Positions 26,545 through 32,000 of a stretch of 32,000 nt of DNA are shown one piece after another. The number at the start of each line of letters is the position of its first letter. The first letter of the stretch is position 1. Source of the DNA: Trichodesmium erythraeum IMS101 (lineage in GTDB: Bacteria > Cyanobacteriota > Cyanobacteriia > Cyanobacteriales > Microcoleaceae); NCBI RefSeq assembly GCF_000014265.1, contig NC_008312.1, forward strand, positions 4,170,001 through 4,202,000, read 5' to 3'. The notes under the pieces are model-generated. The model was not told the DNA's origin, searched no databases, and saw nothing but the letters and a program-made list of their open reading frames with translations. The position numbers were made by a program, and so were the translations under genes.

Positions 26545-27528
26545 TTAGAAGATTTCAAAGTCAGTACCTTGTAATGGGTTATTACTATCAAAAACAGTAT
26601 TATCAACCCGAGCAATTGGAGTTTCATTACCTGCAACTGCTGATCCGTCTGGGTTGTAGTATACTAAACCAGTATCAGGGTCATAGATGATTGCTGCTGA
26701 ATTAGCTCCATCCTCATTAGGACTAAAGTTCTCAACAACCGCAAACTGTGCTCCTGATAATGAATCGCCAGGACGTGCTCCTGTCAAAGCCTCAAAGTTG
26801 CCGCCACCGAAGTTATTAACAACTATACCTATCTTATCTCCTTGATCCCTATTAAAGTCTGTTAAGGAGTCAAGTCCGTAACTACCATCCTCATTATAAT
26901 AGAAGAGGAATTTATCAGCTCCAGTGCCACCTGTTAAAGTATCACTACCCTTTCCACCGAATAGGAAGTCATCCCCTACACCTCCAGATAGAATGTCATC
27001 CCCTTTACCTCCATCTAGAGTGTCATTACCTTCATCACCCGTTACAGTATCAGAATCTCTCCCTCCCAGTGCGACGTCATCTCCGGCCCCACCTTGTACT
27101 AGGTCACTTCCGCGATCGCCGAAGACAAAGTCTGCTCCTTCACCACCTTCTACACTATCATCACCTTTACCACCATAGAGAAGATCATCTCCTGCACCTC
27201 CAGCTACGGAGTCATTTCCTTGGTTACCTGAGATGGTGTCAACGCCAGTACCAGCCAATACAGTATCATCACCAGTACCTAATAAAACATCATCATCGCC
27301 ATCACCTGCTGCCACTAGATCGTCGCCAGCCCCTGTTGAAACAACATCCGATGCAGTAGATCCCTCAATAGCGTCTGCTGTTGGGCCTCCTTGTATGTCT
27401 CTGCCTCCATCTCCTCCTTCTATAGGTCTGTCTACAGTTGGGAGTGTATCAAATCCACCATCAGGTTGTTCTTCTTCGGGGATATTATTAATTAGGTCGT
27501 TAATGTTGCCGTCAATTAAGCTAGTCAC
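26545..27528 (-). CDS. RTX (hemolysin-type calcium-binding repeat) protein, 327 aa, no signal peptide
   Basis: GTG start with GAGG 9 nt upstream. About 14 nonapeptides, e.g. GNQGNDSVAGGAGDDLLYGGKGDDSVEGGEGADFVFGDRGSDLVQGGAGDD...GGKGSDTLTGGTGADKFLF, followed by LTDFNRDQGDKIGI. Confidence 0.9.
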   Translation of the reverse strand: MTSLIDGNINDLINNIPEEEQPDGGFDTLPTVDRPIEGGDGGRDIQGGPTADAIEGSTASDVVSTGAGDDLVAAGDGDDDVLLGTGDDTVLAGTGVDTISGNQGNDSVAGGAGDDLLYGGKGDDSVEGGEGADFVFGDRGSDLVQGGAGDDVALGGRDSDTVTGDEGNDTLDGGKGDDILSGGVGDDFLFGGKGSDTLTGGTGADKFLFYYNEDGSYGLDSLTDFNRDQGDKIGIVVNNFGGGNFEALTGARPGDSLSGAQFAVVENFSPNEDGANSAAIIYDPDTGLVYYNPDGSAVAGNETPIARVDNTVFDSNNPLQGTDFEIF

Positions 27529-28306
27529 TTGCTTACCTCGTTTTTTAGAGTTTACTATTGCTAATTTATGTGTTATTCGCTCAAAGAGCTAATTTTTAGA
27601 TTCTGTATAGATGACCTTTTTCGTTCATTTATATCTTTGTTTATATTTGTAGGAAAAATTTAACCCTTGTCAATCAGACATTCCAAGGATTTTTATTGTT
27701 CCCATTTACTAACTCTCATCTGATTAGATAATTCCGGTTTCAGAAGGTTAGGGCAGGAAAATTTCTGGGACAACAGATACAATTTTTAGATATTGATAAT
27801 TATGCACCGTTGGGAATACTTTTACATCTTGAAGAATATATATTATTTTGTCTCTGAATAGATAATTTTCTCAATTAATAAAAATGAACATTTAGTAGTT
27901 TAACATAGTTCTGTCTATTGTCAATTGTCTAATTTAACGACTAATCTCAAATTTTATAATCATAAACTTAGCTATTGCTTTCTGCAAAAATATTTAGGTA
28001 GTCGCTGGGTCATTTGCCTACTTTTAACTCCTTGACTAAAGTTATGCTTTTGTGATAGGTAATTAATCTATCTCTTCACGGAACAAGTTTAAATTTTATT
28101 CGTCTTCTAACTCTTAATGCTTAATTTTGGATAGGCATTTAGTAAGTCAGATAACACTACTGTCAAACCTCAAATAAATTAATTAATATTTTTTTCAGTT
28201 ATATTATTTTGAGTGATATTATTGGTAGATAACTTATTAACAAAATATTAAGACTCGAATAGTTATGACCACATTCATAACAAATAAAAAAATTAGGAGT
28301 TTGGTC

Positions 28307-28335
28307 TTGCCATAATCAAAAACATTTGTTATAGT
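28307..28335 (+). promoter_or_regulatory. sigma70-type promoter for tRNA-Ser: -35 TTGCCA (28307-28312), 17-nt spacer, -10 TATAGT (28330-28335)
   Basis: Near-consensus hexamers with optimal spacing. The -10 ends 17 nt upstream of the mature tRNA 5' end. Confidence 0.5.
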
Positions 28336-28352
28336 AGAAAATCGTAACCCCA

Positions 28353-28442
28353 GGAGAGGTGGCTGAGTGGTCGAAAGCGGCTCACTGCTAATGAGTTGTA
28401 CGGGAGAACCCCGTACCGAGGGTTCGAATCCCTCCCTCTCCG
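28353..28442 (+). tRNA. tRNA-Ser (anticodon GCU), class II with long variable arm; CCA not encoded
   Basis: Cloverleaf folded by hand. Acceptor GGAGAGG/CCTCTCC; D stem GCT/AGC; anticodon stem GCTCA/TGAGT; loop CT-GCT-AA; 7-bp variable stem GTACGGG/CCCGTAC; T arm GAGGG-TTCGAAT-CCCTC; discriminator G. Confidence 0.95.
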
Positions 28443-28473
28443 TTGTTTTATTTTTCACATTATCACTGCATAT

Positions 28474-28501
28474 CTCTGAGGCCTAAGGTTTAAGGTTTGA
28501 A
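28474..28501. repeat. short heptamer repeat of the same family as 9714-9801 (CTCTGAG GCCTAAG GTTTAAG GTTTGAA)
   Basis: Seen directly, 32 nt downstream of the tRNA. Confidence 0.5.
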
Positions 28502-29214
28502 TTCTTATGAGGCTGATGTTGAATATTTTTTTCTTACCTTAAAAGGCTATTCCTATCCCTTATCACAAGTAAACTTCTGACAACATTGCGGATATTAGGA
28601 GAGAATGGATGAATAATATAGTAACTAAGTGAAAATATTTAAGTACTCAAAAATAAAGTATTTTTCAAGAAACTTTTTTCCAGGTAAAAGGCTCTTGAAG
28701 ACTTAACAGATGAATTTTGTATAATGCTCAGGTTTTATATCAGTAAAGATACTTATAAAGCATGGCTTTAGAAGGATAAAATTAAGACTAATTTTTTTTG
28801 TTAAATTGAATAGTGAAGGCTTTTTTTAAAAGTTTAAGAGTCGATCAAAAGAATAGAAATAGAAGAACTTTTGCAACAATTCGGCTTGTTAATTTATATA
28901 CATTTTTCCGGCTTCGGTTGAAGGCAAATATCAAGATTAAAGGTTAATAGTATGGTGAAATGTAGATAATAACTTTTTTCCATATCTAGGAATACTTAAA
29001 CTAATGATATATCAGGATTCTATATTTATTCAGCAAGCTGTAGTTAAATCAAATTATTCTACACAAAACAACTAAACAATTTCGGTAGGTCTTACTGGAT
29101 AGATAAATATTTGCCAGTTGTATTACAAGAGTTTCCTAATAAGATTTCCATAGCTTAAATGTTAGCCCTAAATACGTAAATGAAATTTCCTAGAACCGTA
29201 GCTTAATTTTTTAG

Positions 29215-30150
29215 TCATTTTAGCGACAATTTTTTCATTGCCTCTACAAACTTTTGAGAAATATAAGGTAATATCCTCTCATTCTTGCTAATCTCTTTGC
29301 CTTCTGTAAATATAACTAAAAGATATGGCAGAAGATTTGGTAACTCTATATAAGCAAAATTGTGATGTACATGAGTATCCACAATTTCTCTAGACCATAT
29401 CTTAGCATTTTGAGGAAGACTTTCTTTTAAAAACCCTATAGTTTGACTTTTGGTTACATATTTTGCATCTTGTTGGCTAAGATTTTTCTGTAACAAATCC
29501 ATTATTTTTCCTGATGCTTGACGGGATACTGCAATGCCACCCACAATACTATGTAATAGACGAGCTGTTGCATTAGTTGTAAGTATATTTCGATTTTCCA
29601 TCAATAGTCCTTGGAAAATCCGTTCTCGGCCATAAGGCCCATAAAACCATGTTTTTTGATTAACATTAATAGATTTTAATTCAGGCCACTTGAGAGATTG
29701 AAAATAACGGTTGATAAAATTACGTTGATATTTCCAAGTTTGAAAAGGTCCCGGTGATAATTCAGGTCCACTGGTAGTTCCAGTTAAAACATCTACAACT
29801 AGACTGGTCCCATCATGATTTGCAGAAAGAATCATATCTCGAATTGCTCTTTCTAGCTCTGGTGAAGTTTTGACCATTCCTTTCTCTAACCATTCATAAA
29901 TAGCCACAAGGTAAAATAAATGGACCATTCCTCCTGCATACATCTTCTCATCACCGCGATCGCTCCAACCCCGCACTTGCTTTTGCCAAAACTCTGTGGC
30001 ATTCTGAATATTTCTGGTTATTGGTGAATTGTAGACTAACCAAGTTATAGCTATTGCCTCGGAAGTTAATTCTGAAAATTCTAACTGGGTTGCTTCTATA
30101 ATATCTTTACCCAGAATATTGAGTTGCTCATCTTTATTAAAGAATGTCAT
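29215..30150 (-). CDS. class-A beta-lactamase-fold 'serine hydrolase'-like protein; canonical catalytic motifs not evident
   Basis: 311-aa ORF with ATG start. LSANHDGTSLVVDVLTGTTSGPEL and NILTTNATARLLHSIVGG resemble the SxN loop and helix regions of a cyanobacterial beta-lactamase-related family. The expected SxxK position reads GGMVH. Confidence 0.6.
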   Translation of the reverse strand: MTFFNKDEQLNILGKDIIEATQLEFSELTSEAIAITWLVYNSPITRNIQNATEFWQKQVRGWSDRGDEKMYAGGMVHLFYLVAIYEWLEKGMVKTSPELERAIRDMILSANHDGTSLVVDVLTGTTSGPELSPGPFQTWKYQRNFINRYFQSLKWPELKSINVNQKTWFYGPYGRERIFQGLLMENRNILTTNATARLLHSIVGGIAVSRQASGKIMDLLQKNLSQQDAKYVTKSQTIGFLKESLPQNAKIWSREIVDTHVHHNFAYIELPNLLPYLLVIFTEGKEISKNERILPYISQKFVEAMKKLSLK

Positions 30151-30773
30151 TTCAGTTATCAGTTACAGGAGATTTCATCTAAGTTTATCTTAGAATGTTG
30201 AATATAAATGTAATAGTAAATATCAATAATTTATAGCTCTTGAGAATGCAATTATTTGGGAACTAAAGCAGCAAATAGAATGCATTTACCAATTATTCAT
30301 TAAACTTGTAGTTTAATCACCAAAAAAAACTGACTGCTTTTAACTCTAGTATCAGAATTTATAGTTGTAGATTTGCTCACTTTACTACTATCTCACTACA
30401 ATACTAATATTCTAATTTTATATGAAAAAAATTTTGTTCCAATGGATGGTTCTACTCGGAACAGTATTTTTATGACTAAAACTCTGAATTAAAAAATTAG
30501 TAGCTCTATAGATATAGTGATATTTATAACTAAACTCCTTTGACTCTCAGAAGTCTAATGCCATTTTCAAAAAATTTTGTAGAAATATGGAGATTAACAA
30601 TGTAAGAACTTTTTTGATTTGGTATAACTGTAAAAATGACTAGCTGTAAACAAAATTGCAAAAATTGTATAAGCCAATTTTTTTATCTCAGTTAATATGT
30701 AATTATTCAGCTATTGAATGCTTACGGTGATATAGTTGATATTCAATATTTTTAATAGGTTTATCTCACCTAT

Positions 30774-30803
30774 AATAAAAAAGGAATAGTTTCCTATTTT
30801 ATT
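30774..30803. terminator. AT-rich 13-bp stem (1 mismatch), 4-nt loop hairpin (AATAAAAAAGGAA-TAGT-TTCCTATTTTATT) in a gene desert; possible bidirectional terminator or sRNA 3' end
   Basis: Seen directly. No annotated gene nearby. Confidence 0.25.
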
Positions 30804-31595
30804 GAGTCTTAATTTTATCCTATTGTTTGTACTTTTACAGAATAAATTTTGGAGGTATATGAATATATTAATTTTTCGTTATTAGGGATAGAAAGCAGAT
30901 AGCTTTAAATAAAGGAATATTATTATACTATGCTTTTTAAAATCTATGGATTAACGTTTATGATCATCAAGTATGATTGAGAATTATAGATATTATTCTC
31001 GCAGTATTATCTGTATATCTAATCTATAGATTAGGTAATTAATTTTTTTACAAAAAAGTTGGTGTTTTTTCCACATTTTCCCTAACTCTTTCTCGATTAT
31101 TTATCAATCATGCTTAATAAAATAGAGTCTTACTAGTTTTCATATATATGTTAGGCGTTAGTTTGGGTTTAGTAACTTATTATATAACTTCCCAAGGATA
31201 CATGAAAGGATTATATCACTACATATCAATAGTTCAATTGATTGAAATTCAAGATAGAGGTGAAGTAATTATTTACTCTACATTTCATGGTAATTTTTTT
31301 TCTATCAATGGTGATTATTTTCCTCTAGCTTACTATTATTGAGGTTATGATTATGTATATGTTAATAAGATGGAAAAAAAGATAAATTAAATATTCGAGT
31401 GGATTTAAAAAATTGGATTGAAACTTTACCCTCTACAAGCTCACGTATATATTTGATATATTATGGAGAATATATGAATCTTTTTAAGTCTTTATCTGCA
31501 CAGCAATTGATAATTGAATCACAGGAAATTATTGGTAATGCGAATATACTATGGCTGATTCCTAAGCTTAATAAAAAATGACGAATAACTAGATT

Positions 31596-31705
31596 ATTAA
31601 TATCTCGAAAAAAAATTAATAAACTTGATTAGTGTATAGCTATAGTTGAAAAAAATGATGATTAACTAACATATTAATAGCTCAAAAAAAATCAATAAAA
31701 TTGAT
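31596..31705. repeat. two ~34-bp imperfect direct repeats (31596-31629, 31673-31705): ATTAATA.CTC(G)AAAAAAAAT.AATAAA.TTGAT
   Basis: Seen directly, about 180-290 bp upstream of the partial CDS at 31888. Confidence 0.5.
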
Positions 31706-31887
31706 CATAATTTGCCTATAAACACTTATCATCTTTAAGTATAAACTTTTAATTTTCCCTCGATTTATAAATTACTTTTATTTCCTCCAAAAGCAATATT
31801 TGTTAGCTGAAAACTTACAGATTTTAGAGGGCAAAGACAAATATTCAGCAGTTATAAACAGAGTTAACAGAGTTATTTGTGTACTTT

Positions 31888-32000
31888 ATGAAAAAAGTTT
31901 TGTCGGATATTAAACCTTATCTGCGATGGATTATTTTAGGAGCTACCCTATTTTTTCTAGTTAAAACTCTGAAAGACAACTGGGAACAAGTTCTGCAAAT
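31888..32000 (+). CDS. 5' end of a membrane-protein gene (runs off the window); possibly a UPF0104/flippase-like family
   Basis: ATG at 31888. MKKVLSDIKPYLRWIILGATLFFLVKTLKDNWEQVLQ has a basic N-terminus plus a TM helix, and the frame is open to the window end. The family assignment is from memory only. Confidence 0.4.
   Translation, partial: MKKVLSDIKPYLRWIILGATLFFLVKTLKDNWEQVLQ

Noticed and set aside
26924-27592. Three plus-strand ORFs (26924-27178, 27069-27359, 27233-27592)
   Set aside because: They are antisense or alternative readings of the RTX gene, giving P/S-rich and H/L-rich repeat artefacts.
28353-28442. tRNA-Ser as an integration site of a genomic island covering the xisHI relics and the RTX gene
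   Set aside because: I found no direct repeat of the tRNA 3' end and no integrase gene or remnant in the window. It is kept only as a weak remark.
28237-28458. 73-aa minus-strand ORF
   Set aside because: It overlaps the well-folded tRNA-Ser(GCU) on the opposite strand.
31148-31581. Small ORFs 31148-31342 and 31399-31581
   Set aside because: There is no SD, the composition is aromatic/Ile-rich as expected from AT-rich DNA, one needs a non-ATG start, and neither has a recognisable family. They cannot be supported from sequence alone.

Overview
AT-rich chromosomal window, roughly one-third GC by eye (not computed), almost certainly from a filamentous cyanobacterium. The evidence is 11 perfect HIP1 octamers (GCGATCGC), decayed xisH/xisI genes, pentapeptide-repeat proteins, RTX proteins, giant TPR-glycosyltransferase fusions and heptamer STRR-like repeats. 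Only about 65% of the window lies in intact genes, which resembles Trichodesmium-like genomes; that attribution is inference. Housekeeping genes are the recA 3' end, an epoxide-hydrolase-like alpha/beta hydrolase, two small conserved cyanobacterial proteins, a DinG-like protein with degenerate ATPase motifs, tyrA, an AI-2E (PerM) transporter, an exported PrxQ/BCP peroxiredoxin and tRNA-Ser(GCU). The accessory content centres on the cell envelope or exoproteome. It includes two tandem paralogues that fuse a TLP40/CYP38-type cyclophilin domain to RTX Ca-binding repeats, a third stand-alone RTX protein and two pentapeptide-repeat proteins. It also includes two adjacent giant TPR-glycosyltransferase proteins (TPR+GT2+GT2 of 1486 aa; TPR+GT61/DUF563 of about 979 aa). 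Decay and rearrangement are frequent: a frameshifted xisH-xisI pair, a relic of a C5 DNA methyltransferase 3' end, a 208-bp tandem duplication of the prxQ 3' end, a perfect 68-bp tandem duplication, and a 36-bp perfect palindrome heading a 112-bp tandem repeat. I see no CRISPR array, intact transposase, rRNA or recognisable defence operon. The most novel candidate is the cyclophilin-RTX pair and its neighbourhood of thylakoid-lumen-type protein families. All functional calls rest on motif recognition by eye and need database confirmation.
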